12,000 nt of DNA. Source: a virus. Its lineage: Duplodnaviria > Heunggongvirae > Uroviricota > Caudoviricetes. The position numbers were made by a program, and so were the translations under genes. This document shows positions 5,162-12,000 of the stretch, piece after piece (the first letter of the stretch is position 1; each line of letters starts with the position of its first letter). The notes under the pieces were generated by a model, which saw nothing but the letters and a program-made list of their open reading frames with translations, was not told the origin of the DNA and ran no database searches. The stretch lies in IMG/VR virus record IMGVR_UViG_2660238061_000007; one strand, 5' to 3'.

Positions 5162-6916
5162 TTATAAAAACGCGTCGCAATCGTCTGTTGTAATTGCGTT
5201 GGTCTGCGTTACTCCCTTAACTTTTCGCGTAATATATTCATGCCCGTAAACTTTCGCCGCTGGCTTCATGGCCTTGCTGAACTCAGCCACGTTTAGCGGT
5301 TTGCTCCTGCCCGCGTATGCCATAAACGCCAGATAGACGCGGTAAAGGCTGTTCCTGGTCGTGTACTTCACTGAATCACCACCGCCACCCATCATCAGGC
5401 CGCGCGCTTCCTCCAGAAAATTCAGGAACTGGCAAAACTCAATAACCGGATCCGTCTGTTGCTTTATTGCCAGTGCTTCATCACCGTCACGCTGTTCCAG
5501 TAGTAAAGCCCGTGCCTTCTCAGGGTCGGTAAAGTTCGCCAGCAATCGGCGGATAATAACGGGGATTTCAGCCGCAATCTTTTCCGGTAGCTCCCTGTCT
5601 TTTTCGGCCTCACTGACGATATTGTCGAAACGGAAAATCACGCGACGACGTGCCACACCTCCGGCCCGTTCGGTGAATATCATCGGGTTGTTGTTGGTCG
5701 CCAGCACCACCGCCCTGATTACCGCCGTGAAACGCTTTTCATATTTCGGGTTAATTTCCACGGGGTCGCCGCCTGTGATTTTCTTGATGCCCGTTCCTTC
5801 GCCTGTATATTTCGGCTGGTCAGCCAGGACGATAAGACGACTCCCGACAACCTGCGCACGTCCACCAGCATCATCAAGCGATGTCATTTCAGCGCTTACC
5901 GTGTTCTGTTTCCCTGCCAGAAGGCTGGCTATGTGTGTGAATGTACTTTTACCGCTCCCGCCGTCTCCGGTGGCCTCAATAAACATCTGCCAGTCGTACC
6001 GGTTCGCCATAATCATGTACAGCGCGGCACATATACGCATCATCTTGCGCGGGTCTTTTCCGGCTGCGTGCTCAAGCCATTTATGAAAGTTTGGCGCGTT
6101 ATCGCGGATGTTCTCCCCTGGTGCTGGTGGCGTGTACTCAATGCCGTTGTGCGTGGTGATCCAGTTCTCCGGCGTGTGCGGGGAAAATTCCCCCGTTTTC
6201 AGGTCAAGCGCACCATTGGCGAACGGCAGCAAATCGCCAGACGGCTCGCCCATTGGTTCGGCAATAACTTTTAACGCTTCCACGGCGTTATTGATTACGC
6301 GCTTGCTGAAAGTGGCCCTGTGCTCTGAATAGATCGCCACCATTTCGCGGCTAAGTTCCATTGTGCTGACCGGACACCATACCCCGCCGCGCCATACGTG
6401 AACGATTTCACTTTCAGGATGTACGCAAACGCCATCAAAGCGATCGGCAAGCAACTGCGCGCGCTCACTGTCCGCCATCTGCGAAAGTTGCGCCTTTTGC
6501 TTTACCGGAAGCTCAATGACCAGACCATCAGAAAGATTCTGGCGTTCACGGGCCAGATATTCGCGCCAGTTCTGCACCTCCTGGCCGTGCATACCCTCAG
6601 GATAAAAATTTGCATCCTGTACGCCTGCTGCCGCCAGCTTCTGACCAATCGCCTTTATCATTACAGGCGCAAGATATCCGGCCCTGTATATGCGTGCTGA
6701 TTTTCGGCCTTCCGGCACAATTTGCAGATTATCCAGTTCGGATAGCTGCTGCTCCCCAAGCCACACAGGAGGCTCATTATCTCCGGCCATACGCGCATCA
6801 TGTTCCTGCCATTGTTTCGCGTGTGCCCAGGCATCACTACCCGCAAAAATAATGACTTCTGTTCCTTTGTGTTTTATGCCGCGTGACTGCTGTTTTACGT
6901 TCGGTGCCAGTTTCAT
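5162..6916 (-). CDS. P4-family primase/helicase (SF3 helicase-like P-loop NTPase), replication initiator
   Basis: 584-aa ORF with Walker A GDGGSGKST and a D5/P4 primase C-terminal-like region; SD GAGGT 6 nt upstream; followed by the iteron ori, the typical pri-ori layout of PICI/P4-like satellites. Confidence 0.85.
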   Translation of the reverse strand: MKLAPNVKQQSRGIKHKGTEVIIFAGSDAWAHAKQWQEHDARMAGDNEPPVWLGEQQLSELDNLQIVPEGRKSARIYRAGYLAPVMIKAIGQKLAAAGVQDANFYPEGMHGQEVQNWREYLARERQNLSDGLVIELPVKQKAQLSQMADSERAQLLADRFDGVCVHPESEIVHVWRGGVWCPVSTMELSREMVAIYSEHRATFSKRVINNAVEALKVIAEPMGEPSGDLLPFANGALDLKTGEFSPHTPENWITTHNGIEYTPPAPGENIRDNAPNFHKWLEHAAGKDPRKMMRICAALYMIMANRYDWQMFIEATGDGGSGKSTFTHIASLLAGKQNTVSAEMTSLDDAGGRAQVVGSRLIVLADQPKYTGEGTGIKKITGGDPVEINPKYEKRFTAVIRAVVLATNNNPMIFTERAGGVARRRVIFRFDNIVSEAEKDRELPEKIAAEIPVIIRRLLANFTDPEKARALLLEQRDGDEALAIKQQTDPVIEFCQFLNFLEEARGLMMGGGGDSVKYTTRNSLYRVYLAFMAYAGRSKPLNVAEFSKAMKPAAKVYGHEYITRKVKGVTQTNAITTDDCDAFL

Positions 6917-7212
6917 TTTTTACCTCTGAATCCGTTAATCATGGTTTTCATTTTCTGGATATTTCCCCACGCTTTTTCCCTGCTGATGGGCTTACTGCGG
7001 GGTGCGGCATATACCAGGGGAAAATCACGCCGGAACTGATAAACAGGCATCACGCAGTCATAGCTATACCCCTCACGGCGGTAAGTGATGCGCCGTTCTG
7101 CCACGCCTTTAATCGTTACCGTGCCGCCGTATTTATCGCGGTAAATATCGCCGTTCATAAATTCAGGTCGAGCGGGGCCGCTGGCAATAAAGCCAGAATT
7201 TTTCATTTCCAT
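6913..7212 (-). CDS. Hypothetical protein (99 aa), stop overlaps the primase start (ATGA)
   Basis: Translational coupling to the primase; SD-like GAGGAA upstream; no family recognised. Confidence 0.55.
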   Translation of the reverse strand: MEMKNSGFIASGPARPEFMNGDIYRDKYGGTVTIKGVAERRITYRREGYSYDCVMPVYQFRRDFPLVYAAPRSKPISREKAWGNIQKMKTMINGFRGKK

Positions 7213-7229
7213 ATTATTTATTCCTCGAC

Positions 7230-7451
7230 TTAACTCGACTTATTTGATAGCAGGGCACTATTTATTGCGTCATTGAGTTTTTCTGCTGATTCATCAATAA
7301 GTGACAACAGGCCATAAGCAATATTTGCATCTTCATTGTCATTTATGCAATCAAGCCACATATTTAATATTGCTTTTGCTGAATTATTTAAAGTTAATGA
7401 ACTTTCTGCACATGCTAACAATTTAAAAAAGACTTCCCGTTCTGTATTCAT
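7230..7451 (-). CDS. Hypothetical small acidic protein (73 aa) in an AT-rich block
   Basis: SD GGGGGA 4-5 nt upstream; stop of the upstream ORF directly abuts the ATG (TAAATG); local composition visibly more AT-rich than neighbours. Confidence 0.5.
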   Translation of the reverse strand: MNTEREVFFKLLACAESSLTLNNSAKAILNMWLDCINDNEDANIAYGLLSLIDESAEKLNDAINSALLSNKSS

Positions 7452-7643
7452 TTAATCCCCCACCAGCTTACTTTCTTCCTCAATCAAAAAACTAGCGACA
7501 CTTCCCGAAAGACGCGCCAGTAGGCTCGCCAGTGCGGATATATCAGCATCTGTAATTTTGTTCGGGTATACCTCAAGAAGGCGGCAAATAATTTCTGTCT
7601 GGTGCGCACGTTCAGCGGCTTCGTGTAATGTAATTTCCTGCAT
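7452..7643 (-). CDS. Hypothetical small acidic protein (63 aa)
   Basis: SD AGAGGTG upstream; start overlaps the upstream stop (TAATG); part of the coupled operon. Confidence 0.5.
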   Translation of the reverse strand: MQEITLHEAAERAHQTEIICRLLEVYPNKITDADISALASLLARLSGSVASFLIEEESKLVGD

Positions 7644-7828
7644 TAATGCACCTCTTTTAATTCATACACTGCTGAAATAATGACTTGTGATAAGCCATAT
7701 TCTGATGATTCGCTTCTCACCGCAGCAATAGCCGTCTGAACATTAACAGCCTTCACATTCTGAGCGATACCAATTGTGTGGCCTATTGGGTTAACAGCTC
7801 GGGCAAATACACGGAAGGTTTTAAGCAT
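7643..7828 (-). CDS. Hypothetical small protein (61 aa), first gene of the operon ending in the primase
   Basis: SD GGGAG 7 nt upstream of the ATG; preceded by a roughly 380-bp regulatory intergenic region. Confidence 0.5.
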   Translation of the reverse strand: MLKTFRVFARAVNPIGHTIGIAQNVKAVNVQTAIAAVRSESSEYGLSQVIISAVYELKEVH

Positions 7829-8047
7829 GACTCACTCCCTGGCGGATTTTTGCAGCGAATACAGCAACACAACCGGACGGGCAACGGCTACGCGCTTCGC
7901 GTTCCGTCCAGGCGGTTACGTGGATGATTTGAGATTCTCCGGCACTCAGTGCCAGAAAACGCCACACAAAGGCCGTTTGTGTGTGTACAAGGTGTGGTAT
8001 ATGATTTACAGCAACCATAACGGCTCCTAGTTTACGTTGTTGGTTAG

Positions 8048-8090
8048 ACGCCCCGTATGTGTTCCCAGCACTGCGGGGCGTTGCTCTTTG
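8048..8090 (+). terminator. GC-stem hairpin with downstream T-rich tract (terminator-like or regulatory structure)
   Basis: ACGCCCCG (8048-8055), 18-nt loop, CGGGGCGT (8074-8081), then TGCTCTTTGTATTTC. Confidence 0.3.
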
Positions 8091-8109
8091 TATTTCAACA
8101 ATCCTTTCG

Positions 8110-8188
8110 GTGTGTTTCATGTTATGAGCGCATGAAACACACGTCAAGGCTTTTTGTATTTCTTTTTTTGTGTATACTGAAACACACC
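8110..8188. promoter_or_regulatory. Operator/promoter region: perfect 12-bp inverted repeat plus a third half-site overlapping a -10-like TATACT
   Basis: GTGTGTTTCATG (8110-8121), 9-bp spacer, CATGAAACACAC (8131-8142); TGAAACACAC again at 8179-8188 next to TATACT (8173-8178); SD AGGAG 8 nt before the ATG at 8209. Confidence 0.6.
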
Positions 8189-8208
8189 GATGATTAGGAG
8201 TTTCAGAA

Positions 8209-8514
8209 ATGGCAACGGCTAACAAAAACGCAAAATCACAACTGACAACTGTCAGAGTCCCACTAGATGTTATGCAAGGGATGGAATCCGTTAAGCTGGA
8301 CGGTGAAAGCAATGCCGGATTTATCGTAACCGCCATGCGCGGAGAAATAGCCCGCCGCCAAGCAGAAGGCAGCGGAGAAAATCCCCTTGTGTCGTCACTG
8401 GATGCCCTGGCTAAGGTCGAACAAATCGGCATCAAAGCAGCCGAGGAGATCGGGCAACTCGTCACCGTCGCGCGTGAAGAACTCCAGCGACGCAAGGTCA
8501 AAGAGCATGAATAG
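8209..8514 (+). CDS. Putative ribbon-helix-helix DNA-binding protein (101 aa), candidate island regulator
   Basis: Excellent SD (AGGAG, 8-nt spacing); N-terminal LTTVRVPLDVMQGMESVKLDGESNAGFIVTAMRGEIARR fits a beta-strand/helix/helix RHH pattern; transcribed divergently from the small-gene/primase operon, beside palindromic operators. Confidence 0.55.
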   Translation: MATANKNAKSQLTTVRVPLDVMQGMESVKLDGESNAGFIVTAMRGEIARRQAEGSGENPLVSSLDALAKVEQIGIKAAEEIGQLVTVAREELQRRKVKEHE

Positions 8515-8571
8515 CCAATATCAGCGCCATAGTTTGAGGAACGCAGGCGCATTGCTTTACAGGACAGCACC

Positions 8572-8751
8572 ATGAGCGACACAGAATCAACCAAAACACC
8601 ATCACCAACTCGTAAGAGACGACGCAAAAATATAGCGCATGAACATGAATCAGAAAGATTCGCACCTTGTTCGTTTGCTCTTGAGAAATTCCTTAAAGAG
8701 CACAGGAAAAAGCTCTCGTTGCAAACCTTGGAACGAACCAAATCTGACTGA
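8572..8751 (+). CDS. Hypothetical small basic protein (59 aa)
   Basis: ORF below the 60-aa track cutoff, found by manual translation (MSDTESTKTPSPTRKRRRKNIAHEHE...); AGGA 7 nt upstream; followed by an intrinsic terminator. Confidence 0.35.
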   Translation: MSDTESTKTPSPTRKRRRKNIAHEHESERFAPCSFALEKFLKEHRKKLSLQTLERTKSD

Positions 8752-8817
8752 TCACATTGCCCACCAGCCGCAAATGTGGCATTGTTGGTGATGCTTTTGT
8801 TTTCCCTTGTTCCCACT

Positions 8818-8847
8818 GGCGACCCTTTTGCGGTCGCCTTTGTTTTG
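8818..8847 (+). terminator. Rho-independent terminator of the plus-strand two-gene unit
   Basis: GGCGACC (8818-8824), loop CTTTTGC, GGTCGCC (8832-8838), then TTTGTTTTG. Confidence 0.6.
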
Positions 8848-9426
8848 TCACTGAATGCGGTTACCAAAGTAAAACTCAGGCTGATATTCACGTATCAGCG
8901 TTTTTTCTTCTTCCTCCAGCTCACGCTTTTTGCGCTTACATGCCTGTAGCTCCCTCCCCTTCTCGCTGGCACTTATTTGATATTGCTCTTTACGGCGGGA
9001 AAAATCCTGTAATGCACCCCACGGGATACCATAAGTCCCCGTTTTTCTGATACCTGGTATCACATTTCTGAATACCCAGTTACTGAAACGATGAGCAAAT
9101 GTGCCAGGCGTCGTTGCTTTGCGGCTGCGGGCTATTAGTTTGTAGAAACCTGACTCAGAGATAATTCTCATATTCTGATTTCCTCCTGGGGTGTAAGTTA
9201 AATTTACTCCCTTTTCATCATCATCAAGCATCTGCAACGCCGTACGCGAATTGGTTAGTTCCAGCGCAGCACAAACATCTTTTGCAACAAACCACGGATC
9301 GCCGTTCAGATACACCACACGAACGTTCACACTATCAAAGCGCAGAACGACGAGATCACGAATATCGCAGAATTTTTTCACTGGACGAGCGTACCCCTTG
9401 CCCGTCACGGCAATATTTTTATTCAT
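8848..9426 (-). CDS. Bro-N domain protein (putative antirepressor-like)
   Basis: Bro-N hallmark segments VRVVYLNGDPWFVAKDVCAALEL, GGNQNMRIISESGFYKLIARSRK and FSNWVFRNVIPGIRKTGTY. Confidence 0.8.
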   Translation of the reverse strand: MNKNIAVTGKGYARPVKKFCDIRDLVVLRFDSVNVRVVYLNGDPWFVAKDVCAALELTNSRTALQMLDDDEKGVNLTYTPGGNQNMRIISESGFYKLIARSRKATTPGTFAHRFSNWVFRNVIPGIRKTGTYGIPWGALQDFSRRKEQYQISASEKGRELQACKRKKRELEEEEKTLIREYQPEFYFGNRIQ

Positions 9427-9444
9427 CGCGTTTTTACCTTATAG

Positions 9445-9470
9445 ACAAAAAACCCCTCGTGATGAGGGGC
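9445..9470 (-). terminator. Rho-independent terminator after alpA
   Basis: Minus strand reads GCCCCTC ATCAC GAGGGG TTTTTTGT, located between the alpA stop (9483) and the Bro-N start (9426). Confidence 0.55.
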
Positions 9471-9482
9471 ATTATTTACTGG

Positions 9483-9740
9483 TTATTGCTGTTTTGTTTT
9501 TCCAGGTTTCCATCCAGGATGCCACTCACCACGGATCCATGCCTGAACCTCTGAAAGTCGATACCCTGCAGCACGTTCACCGATCTTGATACGTCGCGGG
9601 AATTTACCTGCCTGCTCCATTTTCCAGCGTGTTGAGTTTGCCAGCGTGGTAAGTGCTATGCACTCTTTTTCACGAATGAACCGATCAATGTCCTTCATTG
9701 TGCGCAAATCGTTTTCATCAACAAGAGAATAAATTGCCAT
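9483..9740 (-). CDS. alpA: AlpA-family transcriptional regulator/excisionase-like HTH protein
   Basis: 85-aa protein with AlpA-type HTH (ALTTLANSTRWKMEQAGKFPRRIKIGERAAGYRLSEVQAWI); start 1 nt after the integrase stop, the typical int-alpA pairing of P4-like/PICI elements. Confidence 0.8.
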   Translation of the reverse strand: MAIYSLVDENDLRTMKDIDRFIREKECIALTTLANSTRWKMEQAGKFPRRIKIGERAAGYRLSEVQAWIRGEWHPGWKPGKTKQQ

Positions 9741-9741
9741 A

Positions 9742-10983
9742 TCACACCACCTCTTTATTAAGCTCGATAACGTTGTTGTTAAATCCTGCTATCGTATTAA
9801 GGTAATTAACCCACATATTAAGCACCTCAAGTTTTTTCTTTATATGCCTGCTTTTATTGTAAACACCAGCAACCCCTTTCACTTTATGACCTAAAAGAAG
9901 TTCGACAATATAAGGATCCGCCCCCATATCATTAAGCGTAGTGGAAAATGTGCGCCTGAAATCATGTATGCACCACAAGCCATTAGTATCATGACCAAGA
10001 CGCCTGCATATTCTGTTTGCAGCCCCTGTTATTGTCGCCCTTTGCAAAGCACAACCGACAACATAACCGCGATTTTTTGTTTCTGCGTAAAGATTAACGA
10101 TCCATTGTTTTATTCCGTCAGGAACAGGCCTTACTATAGCCTCCTTGTTTTTGCTGTGCTCTTTTGGGACTGTCCATACCCAGTTTTTTAAATCCCATTC
10201 GTCCCAGGTGGATAGCCTCGCCTCCTGCTGTCGGCAACCAAACACCAGGCAGATAACCATTATTCTTCGGTTATATATTGATGACAGAGTTAGCAAATTA
10301 TTACCGTAAGCATAAGACCATACATCAGCGGTTTCATTGATATTAAGAACGCGATCCCTTATACCGGATGAGCGCCCGACATAACTTACGTTAATATCTC
10401 CAAAGGGATCGCACGCGATGTATTGCCTGACGCGACAAAAACGCAACGCCTGTTTGATATCAAGAAAAATTGCACCAGACATAACAGGCGCATTTTTTTT
10501 GATCCTGTCAAAGACGGTAAGCCATGTGTGTAATTTGCACTGTTCTATAGCCATATCACCGATATAGGGGAAGATATGCTTTTCAAATCGTTTTATTAAA
10601 TATTCATGCTCTTTTCTGGCTGTTGTGGCGTGATTGTCGTACCAGTAAAACAGCGCATCCCTTACGGTCACTGGTTGCATAGTTTTTTCGGCAGCAAGTT
10701 TTATTTGCCTGCGGGGGTCCAGATTTTCAGCCAGCCATTCACGGCACTGATCACGCATGCGCCTGGCCGTTGCAAGAGACATGTCAGGATAGCGACCAAG
10801 TGTAAGCCATACCGGAGGGGATTCCCTGCCACCAAGACGATAGTAAAAAACAAAGCTGATCCCCCCAACCATGCTTACACGCACAGACAACCCGCGCCCA
10901 TCCGCTATTGTTTTTTGTTTGTCCTGCCGTTTTCCGACAAGACTCTTTAACAGTTTGTCACTGAGTTTGTTTTCAATAGCCAT
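9742..10983 (-). CDS. int: P4-type tyrosine integrase
   Basis: 413 aa; P4-family N-terminus (DKLLKSLVGKRQDKQKTIADGRGLSVRV...LGRYPDMSLATARRMRD) and catalytic-region motifs (HDFRRTF, LLGHK, Y near C-terminus); SD GAGGG upstream. Confidence 0.95.
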   Translation of the reverse strand: MAIENKLSDKLLKSLVGKRQDKQKTIADGRGLSVRVSMVGGISFVFYYRLGGRESPPVWLTLGRYPDMSLATARRMRDQCREWLAENLDPRRQIKLAAEKTMQPVTVRDALFYWYDNHATTARKEHEYLIKRFEKHIFPYIGDMAIEQCKLHTWLTVFDRIKKNAPVMSGAIFLDIKQALRFCRVRQYIACDPFGDINVSYVGRSSGIRDRVLNINETADVWSYAYGNNLLTLSSIYNRRIMVICLVFGCRQQEARLSTWDEWDLKNWVWTVPKEHSKNKEAIVRPVPDGIKQWIVNLYAETKNRGYVVGCALQRATITGAANRICRRLGHDTNGLWCIHDFRRTFSTTLNDMGADPYIVELLLGHKVKGVAGVYNKSRHIKKKLEVLNMWVNYLNTIAGFNNNVIELNKEVV

Positions 10984-11003
10984 TAAAAGCCCTCAAGAGA
11001 TTT

Positions 11004-11056
11004 GCAATACACACCCATCCCGATCGCCAATTTGCAATACACATTGCAATACACAA
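11004..11056. repeat. Three copies of TTGCAATACACA beside the int promoter (candidate integrase arm-type or att-associated sites, right island end)
   Basis: gatttgcaatacacacc (11004-11020) and gcaatacacattgcaatacac (11035-11055), co-oriented with the copies at 343-363. Confidence 0.5.
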
Positions 11057-11245
11057 AACCGCGAAAAACTGGAAGGGTGATGAACGGTCATCAAAAGCAT
11101 GGAAAACGACATTCCAGACGCAGCAAGGGTTTCAGTGGAGTTGGCGAACGATGCGGGCAACTACGGTGAGATGATAGACATAAATCGCCTTCACAATGGC
11201 GCTCTGCAGCTGCGTGTTCTGCAGCGTGTCGAGCATCTTCATCTG

Positions 11246-11255
11246 NNNNNNNNNN
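11246..11255. other. Assembly gap (N10)
   Basis: Run of 10 N. Confidence 0.9.
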
Positions 11256-11309
11256 ATTGTAATGACAACGTTTCGCGGCTATTCTTGTATTGTTTGGATG
11301 CAAGAATGG

Positions 11310-11360
11310 CCCCCGTGGTGTTGTCAGGTGCATACCTGCAACGTGCGGGGGTTTTCTCTC
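11310..11360 (+). terminator. GC-rich stem-loop followed by a T-run (terminator-like)
   Basis: CCCCCG...CAGGT GCAT ACCTG...CGGGGG followed by TTTTCTCTC. Confidence 0.4.
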
Positions 11361-11618
11361 TCCAGCAACCAATGCCACCAGGGATTAAGCCCCCGCAACA
11401 TTGCGCCTCACCGGAATCCTTCCGGCTTGACGCTGATTCTACGACTGTTTTTCTGTTCCGGAATCCGTCTCATCTTCACTCTGTGCTGCGCATTCCGCAG
11501 AATATTATCCGCTTGCAACCGTTGCATTTTTCTTACGAAAAAGGCCGCAGAGTTTCACCCCTGCGGCCTGGTCCGGGCGCAAATTGCCATTACGGCAGCC
11601 TGACGCCCGCATGACACG

Positions 11619-11726
11619 TTACTTCCGCTTATTCAGCCAGTTCACGATCATACTGGCAAGAATGCCAGCAATGACCGGAGCCGCTAAATCATGCCAGAAG
11701 GCCATGCCCAGTTCTGCGAGCGTCAT
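11619..11726 (-). CDS. ldr: Ldr-family type I toxin peptide (35 aa)
   Basis: Translation MTLAELGMAFWHDLAAPVIAGILASMIVNWLNKRK closely resembles remembered E. coli Ldr peptides (LdrD-like). The start codon abuts the N-gap, so the 5' leader and antisense Rdl region are not visible. Confidence 0.65.
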   Translation of the reverse strand: MTLAELGMAFWHDLAAPVIAGILASMIVNWLNKRK

Positions 11727-11736
11727 NNNNNNNNNN
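11727..11736. other. Assembly gap (N10)
   Basis: Run of 10 N; the FII-like reading frame does not continue across it. Confidence 0.9.
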
Positions 11737-12000
11737 GAAATTTTCCTCACCGATGGTCAGCGTGTCTCCACGCCGCAGCTGCCGCGCATCATCAGTCCGG
11801 ACAAACAGGGACGGGCTGGAGCCTTCAACGCGCACGCCCTGTCCGGCATAGCTGATATTTTCAGGGTCATCAAAAACACCACGTATCACCGCACCTGACT
11901 GCTCACCGGATGTAATGGTGGCTGACGTTCCCATGTACCCGCGTATCGTTTCATCGGCGCGGGCAATGGCAGCATCGAACAGGTTATCGAAATCAGCCAC
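11737..12000 (-). CDS. FII: Lambda FII-like head-tail joining protein, partial (first 88 codons, truncated at gap)
   Basis: Translation (M/V)ADFDNLFDAAIARADETIRGYMGTSATITSGEQSGAVIRGVFDDPENISYAGQGVRVEGSSPSLFVRTDDARQLRRGDTLTIGEENF is near-identical to remembered lambda FII; the first codon at the window edge is GTG. Confidence 0.7.

Noticed and set aside
5361-6700. Plus-strand ORFs (241, 113, 74 and 100 aa) antisense to the primase gene
   Set aside because: They lie entirely inside the well-supported primase CDS on the opposite strand, with Ser/Arg/Pro-rich composition typical of antisense frames.
7821-8891. 356-aa minus-strand ORF spanning the divergent regulatory region
   Set aside because: Ser/Cys/Ala-rich low-complexity translation that runs antisense through two well-supported plus-strand genes and a palindrome-rich promoter region; no SD; judged a spurious long ORF.
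11091-11614. ORFs 11099-11614 (plus) and 11091-11378 (minus) spanning an N-gap in the right flank
   Set aside because: Both reading frames cross the N10 gap, so they are track artefacts; the visible portion (MENDIPDAARVSVELANDAGNYGEMIDINRLHNGALQLRVLQRVEHLHL) matches nothing I recognise and cannot be supported as a gene.

Overview
The window is a scaffold-like sequence with three N10 gaps (90-99, 11246-11255, 11727-11736), so continuity across them is not assumed. The main block (100-11245) carries a roughly 10.7 kb integrated phage satellite (PICI-like island), bounded by near-identical GCAATACACA direct repeats at 343-363 and 11004-11056, with almost all genes on the minus strand. From right to left: P4-type tyrosine integrase, AlpA, a Bro-N protein, a divergent RHH-like regulator beside a perfect 12-bp palindromic operator, a tightly coupled operon of four small unknown proteins ending in a P4-family primase/helicase, an iteron origin, SSB, lambda gpE-like major capsid protein, lambda gpD-like decoration protein, a second AlpA-like protein, a lambda-type cosN, and a Nu1-like small terminase. 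The most interesting point is that the island has a lambda cos site, its own TerS and its own capsid shell and decoration proteins, but no portal, protease/scaffold, large terminase or tail genes in this window. That suggests a lambdoid-helper satellite with a partial head module, a configuration I do not recognise as a described family. Other candidates are the four-gene small-protein operon, a 54-bp hairpin-bearing tandem repeat array at the far end, and a small protein after terS. Flanks hold an IS1 end (30-89), an Ldr-family type I toxin (11619-11726) and a lambda FII-like gene fragment (11737-12000). All homology calls are from reading the translations against remembered reference proteins; no searches were run.
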